The notes below the pieces were generated by a model. That model did not search any database. It had not been told where the DNA came from and saw only the letters and a program-made list of their open reading frames with translations. Below are positions 7,087-16,316 of a stretch of 64,000 nucleotides of DNA, one piece after another; the stretch's first letter is position 1; each line of letters opens with the position of its first letter. The stretch comes from Alkalispirochaeta sp. (GTDB taxonomy: Bacteria > Spirochaetota > Spirochaetia > DSM-27196 > Alkalispirochaetaceae): NCBI GenBank assembly GCA_965601925.1, contig OZ271854.1:3552001-3616000 (forward strand), in the 5' to 3' direction. A program made the position numbers and the translations under genes.

Positions 7087-9237
7087 ATGGAAGAAAACAA
7101 AAATTTGGAAGTATCAAATCAGGTTAAGTTCAGTATGCACCCGAGGGTCTTTGCTGCCTTGGGAGCAGACCTGGTGACAAACGACGTCGTCGCCGCCATA
7201 GAGGTTGTGAAGAACTCATATGACGCTTTTGCCAAAAATGTCTGGGTCACCTTCGGTACGGACGAAACAATGGGCGACTACCTCGAGATAAAAGATGACG
7301 GCTACGGAATGTCCAAGGCTACAATCGAGAACGTATGGTTTGTGGTAGCTACGCCGTTTAAGAAAGAAAACCCGATTGTGGTAGACGGAAAGAAAACGCG
7401 GCGGGTGTCCGGAGAAAAAGGGTTAGGACGATTATCTGTCGCACGGCTTGGTCACAAGCTGCAAATACTTACACAGGAACTCAACGGGCCTTGCTGGGAG
7501 ATATCAGTCAATTGGTCTGCTCTCGAGAACAACTTAGAGTCAGACGGTGACACTGCGAGCTATTACCGTTATCGGGAAGATTCGCCTTTCAAGGTTTCAG
7601 GCACCATTGTTCGTGTATACGAGCTCAATAATCGTTGGAACAAAGAGCGTGTTGCGGAGTTAGAAGATAACCTGGCAAGAATGATATCGCCTTTTGCAGA
7701 AGTTGGCGATTTCAATATTTTCTTGTCGAACCCATGGAACCGGAATGCGGGGGAGGTGCGAGTAGAGTCTCCCGAGTTTCTTTCGAGCCCGAAGTACAAG
7801 TTATCCGGCAAAGCAGACGAGTCAGGTAGTGTCACGGCAAGTTACCGGTACGCTCCGCTAAACAACAGGAAAAAGAGGTCCGCAGAACTACGCTTGAGCT
7901 GGGAGCAAATCTACGATTCGATGCAGGATGCAGAGAAACACAAATATGAAAGCAGTGCCGCGCACTGCGGTGGTTTTGATTTTGAAATTCGTGCATGGGA
8001 TGTTGGCGCAGAGGACACCGCGGCAATCGCCACACGTTTTGATTTTCGTAAGAGCCAGGTGAGAAAGGCGATAAAGGCGCACAAAGGTATATCCGTATAC
8101 CGCGACGGGATACTTGTTCTGCCGAAGTCTGATAACGCGCGAGACTGGCTGGGATTAGATCTGCGGCGAGTTAGTCGTGTAGGCACCCGGCTTAGCACCA
8201 GCCAAATCGTGGGGTATGTTTCTATCTCTGCTGAAGACAACCCCGAGGTAAACGATACGAGTGATCGAGAAAGACTTGTATCAGGACGTGCAGTTGGGGA
8301 ATTTGAAGAGATTCTCAAAGCAGCGATTGGTCTACTTGAGAATGAGCGCGCCAACGACAAAGAAACTATGAATCCGAGTGAGCCCATGACAGATCTTTTT
8401 GGCGGTTTGTCTGCCGAAGAGGTGCTCGCCGAAGCCATCGCGTTGGTAAATGAAGGCGCTGAAGCGGCCGATGTTATTCCCTTACTACAGTCTTTCAATA
8501 GCAACTTGACCGCAACTCAACAAACGATACGAGAAAGATTCGTTTTTTATAGTCGCTTGGCTACGGTCGGTACAATTGCCCACATGTTGGTTCACGAAAT
8601 CAGGAACAGGACCACTGCGTTGGGTGTGTTTTTGTCTTCTGTACGTGATCGATTCGGACCATTTCATGATGAAGAAGTGTTAGAAGAGTACCGAATGGCG
8701 GTCGCCTCAATAAACTCGCTCGAACGCCTCGCTGATACATTCTCTCCGCTTGCAAATCGCGGTTTTCGACGCGGAAAGCGAACATGCATAGTAGAAGATC
8801 AAATCCGAGACAGTCTCACTCTTCAGCAAACAGAGATTGAGGCGAAGAGGGTCGAATGTCAGGTGCCGGCTACAGACACCAAAGTCACAATCGATCCTGG
8901 AGAGTTGGATAGCGTACTTTTGAATCTTGTTAGTAATGCTCTTTACTGGCTAAGCACTGACAAGTCAAAGGGTCGTCAACTGAAGTTTAGTCTGACGGAT
9001 ATTGATGACGGCAAAAGAGTACGGGTTTGGGTGCATGACAACGGGCCCGGGATTGAGCGCGATGATGTGGAAAAAGTGTTCTGGCCCGGCATCACGCGAA
9101 AGCCGGGCGGCATCGGAATGGGACTTACTGTTGCATCAGAAGTCGTTGCCGCACATGGCGGACATATGACGATCAAGACACCAGGCACACTCGGTGGAGC
9201 GTCTTTCGCATTTGATCTTCCATTAGCAAAGGATTGA
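7087..9237 (+). CDS. MORC/GHKL-type ATPase fused to histidine kinase
   Basis: N-terminal GHKL motifs EVVKNSYDA, DDGYGM, GEKGLGRLS; S5-like YRDG..V; C-terminal H-box LVHEIRN, N-box NLVSNA, G1 DNGPGI, G2 GIGMGL; no TM segments. Confidence 0.88.
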   Translation: MEENKNLEVSNQVKFSMHPRVFAALGADLVTNDVVAAIEVVKNSYDAFAKNVWVTFGTDETMGDYLEIKDDGYGMSKATIENVWFVVATPFKKENPIVVDGKKTRRVSGEKGLGRLSVARLGHKLQILTQELNGPCWEISVNWSALENNLESDGDTASYYRYREDSPFKVSGTIVRVYELNNRWNKERVAELEDNLARMISPFAEVGDFNIFLSNPWNRNAGEVRVESPEFLSSPKYKLSGKADESGSVTASYRYAPLNNRKKRSAELRLSWEQIYDSMQDAEKHKYESSAAHCGGFDFEIRAWDVGAEDTAAIATRFDFRKSQVRKAIKAHKGISVYRDGILVLPKSDNARDWLGLDLRRVSRVGTRLSTSQIVGYVSISAEDNPEVNDTSDRERLVSGRAVGEFEEILKAAIGLLENERANDKETMNPSEPMTDLFGGLSAEEVLAEAIALVNEGAEAADVIPLLQSFNSNLTATQQTIRERFVFYSRLATVGTIAHMLVHEIRNRTTALGVFLSSVRDRFGPFHDEEVLEEYRMAVASINSLERLADTFSPLANRGFRRGKRTCIVEDQIRDSLTLQQTEIEAKRVECQVPATDTKVTIDPGELDSVLLNLVSNALYWLSTDKSKGRQLKFSLTDIDDGKRVRVWVHDNGPGIERDDVEKVFWPGITRKPGGIGMGLTVASEVVAAHGGHMTIKTPGTLGGASFAFDLPLAKD

Positions 9238-9240
9238 AAT

Positions 9241-10371
9241 ATGGCAGAACTTGACCACAGAAGGGTTTTGTTTATCGATGACCAACCAGAAGTAGTTCGG
9301 CCCGCGAGGTTAGCTGCTGAACGGAAAGGAGCGATATGCAAGACTACTTCATTCCCGGACGCCGAATCGGAAATAGGAAACTTTGAGCCCGACGTTGTTG
9401 TGGTTGATCTTTTCAATGGTGAACCCCCAGAGGGGGAACAGGCAGGACAAAACACTATCGAGTTTGTGTGGGATCACCGGTTCTGTCCGATCATTGTGTA
9501 CTCCGCTTTCCCGGATTATGCGGATGATGTTCCGAAAAATCATCCTTTTGTCAAACTTGTCAGAAAGGGAGCAAAGAGTCCTGATGAAGTATGTCAGGCG
9601 CTCAGCGATTACGAACGCCACATCGAATCGATTCACGCCGCCGACATAGACACACGAAAGGCGTTTGCTTTGGCAATTCGTGACGTGGCACCATACGCAT
9701 TCCGTCACTTTGAAACCGAAGAAGCAAGAAATGATGCAATCATTCGCGGCGGAAGACGACGCTTGGCGGCCATGATGGACGAAATGCCTCTTGACAGAGA
9801 ACAGCTCCAAAGCTGGGAGCAATACCTTTGTCCACCTATACGTTCGAGTCTTCAGTTGGGTGACGTGTTGGTCAAGCAAGGTCACAATGACCTTCACGCT
9901 TCAAGTTATCGGATTGTTCTTTCACCGTCGTGTGATCTTGCCACCGACAACGGGCGCACCCCAAAAGTCAAGAATGCTCTCGTTGCTCGCTGTATCGGAT
10001 TTCCGGAAGCATTGGAAAAAATGGAAGTCAGCAAAAAGCCCAAGAAGAACAGGGAGAAGCTCAATAAAATTCTGTCGCAAGGCTACACTGCGGAGCTGCT
10101 TCCCTTACCTGAACTGCAAGGCCGAATTCCACATATGGTCGCCGATCTAAAAGACCTGGAGCTCATAAAACTGACCGATGGTGGAGCGCTTGAGAAGCCA
10201 TATCGACGTATAGCGTCCGTAGATAGTCCATTTCGTGAGCTGGTATCTTGGGCCTACATACAAACGGCCGGACGTCCCGGACTACCCAGCAGAGACACAA
10301 TAAGGTGGACGGAGTCGATCCAAACTTGGATTGACAGTACTACCTCGGACAGTATTGATGAAGGCGATTGA
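9241..10371 (+). CDS. Response-regulator receiver domain fused to uncharacterised C-terminal domain
   Basis: VLFIDD, VVVVDL (phosphoacceptor Asp), PIIVYSA, VRKG; C-terminal LGDVL...IVLSPSCDL. Confidence 0.8.
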   Translation: MAELDHRRVLFIDDQPEVVRPARLAAERKGAICKTTSFPDAESEIGNFEPDVVVVDLFNGEPPEGEQAGQNTIEFVWDHRFCPIIVYSAFPDYADDVPKNHPFVKLVRKGAKSPDEVCQALSDYERHIESIHAADIDTRKAFALAIRDVAPYAFRHFETEEARNDAIIRGGRRRLAAMMDEMPLDREQLQSWEQYLCPPIRSSLQLGDVLVKQGHNDLHASSYRIVLSPSCDLATDNGRTPKVKNALVARCIGFPEALEKMEVSKKPKKNREKLNKILSQGYTAELLPLPELQGRIPHMVADLKDLELIKLTDGGALEKPYRRIASVDSPFRELVSWAYIQTAGRPGLPSRDTIRWTESIQTWIDSTTSDSIDEGD

Positions 10372-11413
10372 TTTTTTTTGCGGGGCTGGAGGTCTCTCGA
10401 GAGGACTTATCGATGCCGGCATCGACGTTGTGGCAGGAATCGATCTCGACGCATCGTGTCGAACTACATACGAACACAATAATCACAAATCAGCGTTTAT
10501 TGAGGCCGACGTCTCAGATTTAGATGAACACTCTCTCTGTAACTATCTAAAAGGAGCTACCTCTAAGGAGTTGCTTTTCGCAGGGTGCGCGCCTTGCCAG
10601 CCTTTCAGTAAGCATACCCGCGGTCCGAGAAAGCGAAAGGATGCAAGGATTCTAAGCCACTTCGGGAGACTGATCGCAGCTTACAAGCCCGGCTTCGTTT
10701 TGATTGAGAATGTACCCGGGATTGCCAAGGTTGGGGGCTACAGTACGTTTAAACGTTTCCTCCAGACACTCGGTACCAATGGCTATCGATATGCATTTGA
10801 AGTACTGGACGCAAAATGGTACGGAGTTCCGCAGAATCGTCGTCGTTTGGTGCTTATTGCGACCTTGGGAATGCCTGCTTCCCTTCCAAGACCTCGGTAC
10901 GGCAAAAATCTGCGGCGCTTTCGCACGGTTCGTGATGCCATTTCGCACTATCCAGCGATAAAGGCCGGTAAGACTGATGAGTCTTTTCCTAATCATGTTG
11001 CCGCGTCGGTCTCTGCTAAGAATCTGGAACGACTCCAAAATACTCCCCACGACGGTGGAGATCGTCGTTCTTGGCCAACACATCTTGAGTTAGCTTGCCA
11101 CTCAGGTGAGCACACAGGACATACGGATGTCTATGGAAGGATGTACTGGCATCGCCCAGCTCCTGCGATCACCGGGCGTTGCAACAGCCTTTCAAATGGG
11201 AGATACGGGCATCCCGAACAAGACAGAGCGATATCTCTACGGGAAGCTGCTGCAATTCAGACCTTTCCTGACCGCTATGTCTTTTTCGGATCTAACAAGA
11301 GTGTTGCGCAGCAAATAGGAAACGCAGTTCCAGTTAGAATGGCAGAGGAAATTGGGCGACACATTCTGAGGTTAGCCACAAAGACACAAGTAGCGGAAAC
11401 TGCAGAATTTTAG
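10358..11413 (+). CDS. DNA (cytosine-5)-methyltransferase
   Basis: Motif I DFFCGAGG, IV APCQPFS, VI ENV, VIII PQNRRR, IX R.ISLREAA.IQTFP, X QIGNAVP; ATG overlaps the upstream gene. Confidence 0.95.
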   Translation: MKAIDFFCGAGGLSRGLIDAGIDVVAGIDLDASCRTTYEHNNHKSAFIEADVSDLDEHSLCNYLKGATSKELLFAGCAPCQPFSKHTRGPRKRKDARILSHFGRLIAAYKPGFVLIENVPGIAKVGGYSTFKRFLQTLGTNGYRYAFEVLDAKWYGVPQNRRRLVLIATLGMPASLPRPRYGKNLRRFRTVRDAISHYPAIKAGKTDESFPNHVAASVSAKNLERLQNTPHDGGDRRSWPTHLELACHSGEHTGHTDVYGRMYWHRPAPAITGRCNSLSNGRYGHPEQDRAISLREAAAIQTFPDRYVFFGSNKSVAQQIGNAVPVRMAEEIGRHILRLATKTQVAETAEF

Positions 11414-11459
11414 AACAGAATGCGGCCGGTAGATTGGAAGGATAGCATGTCCTCATGTG

Positions 11460-11566
11460 ACATAACGCTGAGCGGCGAAGCCGTCCCGAAGCAGAAGGCT
11501 TGGCGCATGTCTTTCGTGAAGCAATGTGTGTGAAACGGTTTTAACGGCTCTAACGTTGTACTAGTT
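11460..11566 (-). repeat. Degenerate attC site
   Basis: Aligns by eye along its length to the attC at 12651 (GCTGAGC..AAGCCG.CCCG.AGCAGA..GGCTTGGCGC...) but lacks the 5-bp spacer, and the GTTATGT box has decayed to ACTAGTT. Confidence 0.7.
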
Positions 11567-11667
11567 TCGGTTTTGTTTTACGTGTCTATCTCGTTCATTG
11601 ATGCCTTTTTACCGAGTGGCTGAAGCACGAAGCCCAACCACCCGGTAGTACTTATTGGAATGAAGCC

Positions 11668-11934
11668 TTACGAGGCTTTTTCTTGGTGGCACGTTTGCTT
11701 GCTGGCGCGTGCCGCCACTTTGAAAATGCATCCATCACATTGACCCTTCGGACTTCTGCACCGGCAGGCGGCACAGACATCATAGAGATCAAAGTCCTTT
11801 ATTGCGTCGAGGATGAGGCGATCCAATGTCTTTGTCATTGGTTCATTCTTGAACCACGCCATTCGCCTAAGCGCAAAGACCGCATCGCGGCTCACCTTTG
11901 GGACATACGTACCGGCAGATTTTGTTGTGTGCAT
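11668..11934 (-). CDS. Second copy of RHH-like Cys-rich small protein
   Basis: 88 aa, same length as 5173-5439 with the same Cys pattern. Confidence 0.65.
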   Translation of the reverse strand: MHTTKSAGTYVPKVSRDAVFALRRMAWFKNEPMTKTLDRLILDAIKDFDLYDVCAACRCRSPKGQCDGCIFKVAARASKQTCHQEKAS

Positions 11935-12301
11935 CTTGTGCACCTCCATACATGATGTATGCGGGAAAGCCGTGCTTGGTCCCGCACCGGAGGTTTCTTC
12001 GGAGCAATATGTCTTCGATATTTCGCCGTCCATCAATCACGGCGAGAATCAGTACTCGATCAGATTCTTGCGTATAAAACACGCGCCATGGCGCGACGAT
12101 GATTTCTCGATATTTCGTGATGTTCTGTTGTTCGAGTTCCGGAATGATCCGTCCGGTATCCGGGAATTCTGACAATCGCGATACTTCAGAATCAATTTTT
12201 TCTGAGATGTTCTTCGCAATCATCGCCGACGAATGGTTGATGATCCAATCAATGATTTCTCGGAAGTCCGTCGCCGCGCTCGCGGCCCATGTCACAATCA
12301 T
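11867..12301 (-). pseudogene. RelE/ParE toxin copy with stop codon lost (C-terminal read-through)
   Basis: Near-identical to 5633-5953 up to ...LRRNLR, then continues 39 aa because of a deletion at ACCGGAGGT (11986-11994). Confidence 0.75.
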
Positions 12302-12304
12302 AAA

Positions 12305-12576
12305 TCAATCAGAAATGCGACCATAGATATCATCCATGACCGACTTATGATCGACAGTTCGGTTGTCTGAAATATCCTTTTCACTTTGCGAGATGAGTTT
12401 CATCAGTCCAAGGGCATCTTTCATTTCCTGATACGTTTCGTGTCTAACAATACTGCCCGTGCTTCGCCATTTTGAGTGATTAATATCGGATTATGAGTGT
12501 CATTGACTTGCCGCAACATTTCCGCCGCGTTGCTCTTCACATACGAAATAGGACGAATATCTGAACGAAGATTCAT
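12305..12576 (-). pseudogene. Frameshifted Phd/YefM antitoxin
   Basis: 272 bp vs 273 bp in copy 1; GTTTCGTGTCT vs GTTTCGGTATCT near 12440. Confidence 0.85.
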
Positions 12577-12650
12577 AACCAGCCTCCCGGTTCAAATAAC
12601 GTACTTTATTTGGTCTGTTTACGCAATTCGTTTGGGGTAACGCAGAAGCA

Positions 12651-12764
12651 ACATAACACCGAGCTGAGCTGCAAAGCCGGCCCGGAGCAGAGCGGAGGGC
12701 TTGGCGCGGGCCTTGCGTACCGCAAGGCGCGTGCCAAAGGCTTTGACTGCTCCAGCGTTATGTT
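12651..12764 (-). repeat. attC site interrupted in its R'' box by IS1182 (remainder at 14427-14433)
   Basis: ACATAAC-ACCGA-GCTGAGC...GCTCCAGC-GTTAT-GTT|IS|GTTATGT. Confidence 0.88.
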
Positions 12765-14426
12765 GAGACTGTCGCACAACGCAGTCGTGGTCTGCTAGCA
12801 TCGTGCCTGGGAGGAGCCAATGCCGAACTACCGAGGAAACGAGGGGCAGGATCTCATGATTCCGGTGTGCCTGGATGATCAGCTGGTGCCGGGTACCATC
12901 GAACACGCCATCACCTGGATCGTCGACCACGAGATCGATACGTCGGTGTTCGATGCAGCCTATCACAACGACCACGGCGGTCGCCCGGCCTGTGATCCGG
13001 CCGCGCTGGTGAAGATCATCTTGTTCGCCTACTCCCGGGGCATCCTCTCCTCACGGAAGATCGAGGAAGCCTGCCGGACCAACATCGTGTTCATGGCCCT
13101 CAGTGGTGATATCCGGCCCGACCACGCCACGATCGCCCGGTTCGTTACCGGCCATCCCGCGGCGGTTCGTCGTGTGTTCCGGGATGTGCTGATGATTGCG
13201 GCACAGGGCGATCTGATCGGTGGGGACGTGTTTGCACTGGACGGCTGCAAGATCAGCTCGAACGCCGCCCGAGAGCACGCGGGGACGCGACGGGAACTGG
13301 AGAAGAAGAGAGCGAAGCTTGAAGCACGTCTTGAGGCGATACTGCTCACTCATCGCGGCGCAGATGAGGCATGCACCTCCGATAACGACGATCAACAGGG
13401 CAGACCCGGTTCAGGGACAGCTGATCGCTACCGGGCGCAGATCGACCGCATCAAAGGATTCCTCGACGCCCATCCACCCCGCACCGGCACCAGCGGACGC
13501 GAGGTGAAATCCAACATCACCGACAATCAGAGTGCCACACTGAAAACCGGGAGTGGCTACATCCAGGGCTATAACGCGCTGGCGATGGTGGATGCGAAGC
13601 ACCAGATCGTGCTACACGCTGAACCGGTCGGTCAGATCCATGAGGCACCGCTGCTGCCACGGATGGTGCGCCGGTCACTGCATACACTGCGCAGGTTCGC
13701 ACATCCCCAGGCCTGCACACCGACCATCCTCGCTGATACCAACTATTTCACCGAATCCAACGCCCGGTTCCTGATCGACTCTGATCTCGACGGCTATATC
13801 CCCGACCATCAGTTCCGGAATCGGGACATGCGATTCGCGGATCGGAGTCGATCGCGCCGGGCGGCACACCGGCGCTTCACCCAAGCCGATTTCCTCTACC
13901 AGAGCGACACCGACAGCTATCGTTGTCCGGCCGGCAAGACGTTGCGACGGCGCACCCGGGAGGTGGTTGCCGGGCGTCGTGGTACGCGCTATGAAGCGAA
14001 GCAATCAGACTGCAGTGCATGCGATCTCACCTCCCGCTGTCTGATCCGTACTGCAACCCGGCGTAGACTCTTCCGCGGTGACGGTCCAGCCGGGACCTAT
14101 GCCCAACAGATGCGTGATCGGATCGACACCGAACGGGGTCGACGGATGTACGCCAGACGCATGGGTATCGTGGAGCCGGTCTTTGCGAACATCACCGCCA
14201 CCAAGGGCATGCGACGATTCACGCTCCGAGGCCGGGCGAAGGTCCGCATTCAATGGCTCCTGTACACGCTGGTGCACAACATCGAAAAGATCGCCACCAC
14301 CGGGCTGATTCATCGGTTAGTCGGAGTTTGATCCGGGTGGGTGGCGGGTTGAAGAATGCCTGGCCACGATCACTGGCCGTGAACTACTCGCTCCGCGTGG
14401 GTTCCCACGCGTTGTGCGACAGCCTC
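12765..14426 (+). mobile_element. IS1182-family insertion sequence (1662 bp)
   Basis: 18-bp terminal IRs GAGACTGTCGCACAACGC / GCGTTGTGCGACAGCCTC (1 mismatch), flanked by a GTT duplication. Confidence 0.92.
12820..14331 (+). CDS. IS1182-family transposase
   Basis: GRPA.DP..LVKIILFAYS.G..SSRKIE, PDH.TI.RF, ALDG.KI..NA, GYN, ADTNY, Y.CP.G..L / C..C....C zinc module, Y.RR...VEPVF. Confidence 0.93.
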   Translation: MPNYRGNEGQDLMIPVCLDDQLVPGTIEHAITWIVDHEIDTSVFDAAYHNDHGGRPACDPAALVKIILFAYSRGILSSRKIEEACRTNIVFMALSGDIRPDHATIARFVTGHPAAVRRVFRDVLMIAAQGDLIGGDVFALDGCKISSNAAREHAGTRRELEKKRAKLEARLEAILLTHRGADEACTSDNDDQQGRPGSGTADRYRAQIDRIKGFLDAHPPRTGTSGREVKSNITDNQSATLKTGSGYIQGYNALAMVDAKHQIVLHAEPVGQIHEAPLLPRMVRRSLHTLRRFAHPQACTPTILADTNYFTESNARFLIDSDLDGYIPDHQFRNRDMRFADRSRSRRAAHRRFTQADFLYQSDTDSYRCPAGKTLRRRTREVVAGRRGTRYEAKQSDCSACDLTSRCLIRTATRRRLFRGDGPAGTYAQQMRDRIDTERGRRMYARRMGIVEPVFANITATKGMRRFTLRGRAKVRIQWLLYTLVHNIEKIATTGLIHRLVGV

Positions 14427-14427
14427 G

Positions 14428-16044
14428 TTATGTGGTTTGCTCCGGGATTTGTGCGACTGTTTTATTTTTCGACACCGTTCGAAACAACCATCCATTACAC
14501 CCAAAGTCATTTTCAATAACGAGCGCGTATAACTCATTGCCCGCTTCACTTAGCGCGACGGACAGCTCAATCGGTCGGTCTGTCAAAATGGTACTGTTTT
14601 CCAATGACAACTTGAGGGTGATTCCAGAAGCGATATTTTTTGTGTGTCCACTGTAACGCTGTGTTGAATACGCCATTTCAAAAATCATGCTTTCCGGGCC
14701 CTGACTAATGTCGAGCTTTGGAGCTCCTTCATTGTTGCAGATCCATGGTTTGCAATAGTCATGTACTTGAGCTGGAAAAAAAAACTTCGAGCCATGTTCA
14801 AGGAAGAAGTTGGATCGCCTTGCCGCTGCTTTCCGGTGCAAAGAAACTGCTTCTAATTCAGCATCGATCGAAGACTGCAAAGCGTATTGTGCATTTCCAA
14901 CATTCTGATGAGTATTTTCCTCCGATTGCGCCCACGATATTAGCTCTCGCGCTTCTTCTTCAAAACCGTTGTTGATGAACAAAAAAGCCAGATTAGCGGC
15001 TGATAGTGTTTCGCCAAGTTTTTCCGCGCGTCTATACTGCTCAACGGATGAGAAAACGTGCCCTAGTTCTTTATAAGTAACTCCAAGATTGTTGTGTGCC
15101 ATATTGTTTTCAGGATCAAGAGTCAATAATTCCTGATAATAATGCAGCTGCACCAAAAGCGATTTTGACTTATACGCTAAATCAAATAGATTAGCTCGCG
15201 ATTTACCACTATAGGCAAGGCTGACCTCACGCGCTAAACTTGAACGATTTGAATCGATATCGTTCAAAATCTCGGCTATTTTGCTGAACAGTAGACCGAT
15301 AGCATCATGTGACGTCAGAGATTGAACGCGGTCAGAGAGATACTGGGTCGCTTTTTCGCTCCCTTCGATCTCACATATGATATCGGCACTAATTGTCGCT
15401 GCTTGCGCCTTCTGCATGTCCGATGTACCGTGATCATAAGAATACTGCAGTGAAGAGAGTGCTTCCGTTTGCCGCCCCCGTTTTAGTAAGAGCCAACCTA
15501 ACAAACGTTTTCCTTTACTCAATAGATCGTCAAACTCTTTTGCGCTTTCTACAGCTGATTCCATTCGAGTCAAAGATGAATCGTGACCGAAATAAACACG
15601 CCAAAATGCGTAGCTCAGTTTGATGTCCACACGTTCGCGATTTCCAGAAAGGCTCTCGATGGTTTTGGAATACAGCTCTTCGGCCTCAGAAGTTTGGGAT
15701 TCTTCTAGCAAAGCAAAAAAACGAGCTTCAAGCTCTGATGGAGACACATATTCCTTGCCCGGCTTTGAATCCTCTACGGAATCTACTTTGGACGACTCTT
15801 GATCCGCGATCGAATTGTCCTTTTTGTGAGGAATGCTATTTGGTGTGTAACCGAAGGTGCTTAAAGCTACAGCCGTTTGGTTCTCTCCTGAACCTTTTGA
15901 GTAGTCGACTGATTGAATACGGTCTATTACAGAAGCAATATTTCTTCTAAAAATCAGAATGAAAAATGTTAAAAATCCAATAATTAGCAGAGCAATTATC
16001 AAAGCTTGAAACTCGACTATCATGTCCAACAATTGCTCCTCCAT
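14428..16044 (-). CDS. Membrane-anchored TPR-repeat protein (first cassette)
   Basis: N-terminal hydrophobic helix; TPR 'LDPENNMAHNNLGVTYKELG'; AT-rich; stop TAA lies within the attC R'' box. Confidence 0.75.
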   Translation of the reverse strand: MEEQLLDMIVEFQALIIALLIIGFLTFFILIFRRNIASVIDRIQSVDYSKGSGENQTAVALSTFGYTPNSIPHKKDNSIADQESSKVDSVEDSKPGKEYVSPSELEARFFALLEESQTSEAEELYSKTIESLSGNRERVDIKLSYAFWRVYFGHDSSLTRMESAVESAKEFDDLLSKGKRLLGWLLLKRGRQTEALSSLQYSYDHGTSDMQKAQAATISADIICEIEGSEKATQYLSDRVQSLTSHDAIGLLFSKIAEILNDIDSNRSSLAREVSLAYSGKSRANLFDLAYKSKSLLVQLHYYQELLTLDPENNMAHNNLGVTYKELGHVFSSVEQYRRAEKLGETLSAANLAFLFINNGFEEEARELISWAQSEENTHQNVGNAQYALQSSIDAELEAVSLHRKAAARRSNFFLEHGSKFFFPAQVHDYCKPWICNNEGAPKLDISQGPESMIFEMAYSTQRYSGHTKNIASGITLKLSLENSTILTDRPIELSVALSEAGNELYALVIENDFGCNGWLFRTVSKNKTVAQIPEQTT

Positions 16045-16209
16045 CGTTTAATCGAAATATTTTAAAAAAAGACGATATTCCTATTTTATTGTATTAGGCC
16101 CAAAGCCGCAAACCTTACCTTATCGATGAGCATAACTCTCCTGATGGAGGTTTGTAGCGAATCACGGCTCTGGCTTCAAACCATATAACATATTCCCCTC
16201 CACACTTTT

Positions 16210-16232
16210 CCACATAACAACCCAATGGCAAC
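16210..16232 (-). other. attI recombination site (core GTTATGT at 16218-16212)
   Basis: Minus-strand GTTATGTGG is the exact complement of the first cassette's R'' end CCACATAAC (14435-14427); lies ~100 bp upstream of intI. Confidence 0.7.
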
Positions 16233-16316
16233 TCGTCTGTAATCGCCGAAAAGCACGGAACCTCACACATCGATGTACTTCTATTGAAAAGGAGTAAACA
16301 CCGGCATGGAGGTGCT

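Larger units (their letters stand above)
11607..12657 (-). repeat. Copy 2 (decayed) of duplicated TA + RHH-Cys cassette
   Basis: Paralogous to 5111-6313, with a 144-bp internal deletion and a 1-bp deletion. Confidence 0.9.

Noticed and set aside
6577..11413. Calling the cassette an ordinary type II R-M system
   Set aside because: No restriction endonuclease ORF is recognisable; Vsr is a mismatch-repair nickase
16130..16189. Alternative attI cores GCATAAC (16130) and ATATAAC (16183)
   Set aside because: Only the 16210-16218 site is complementary to the first cassette's R'' end over 9 bp
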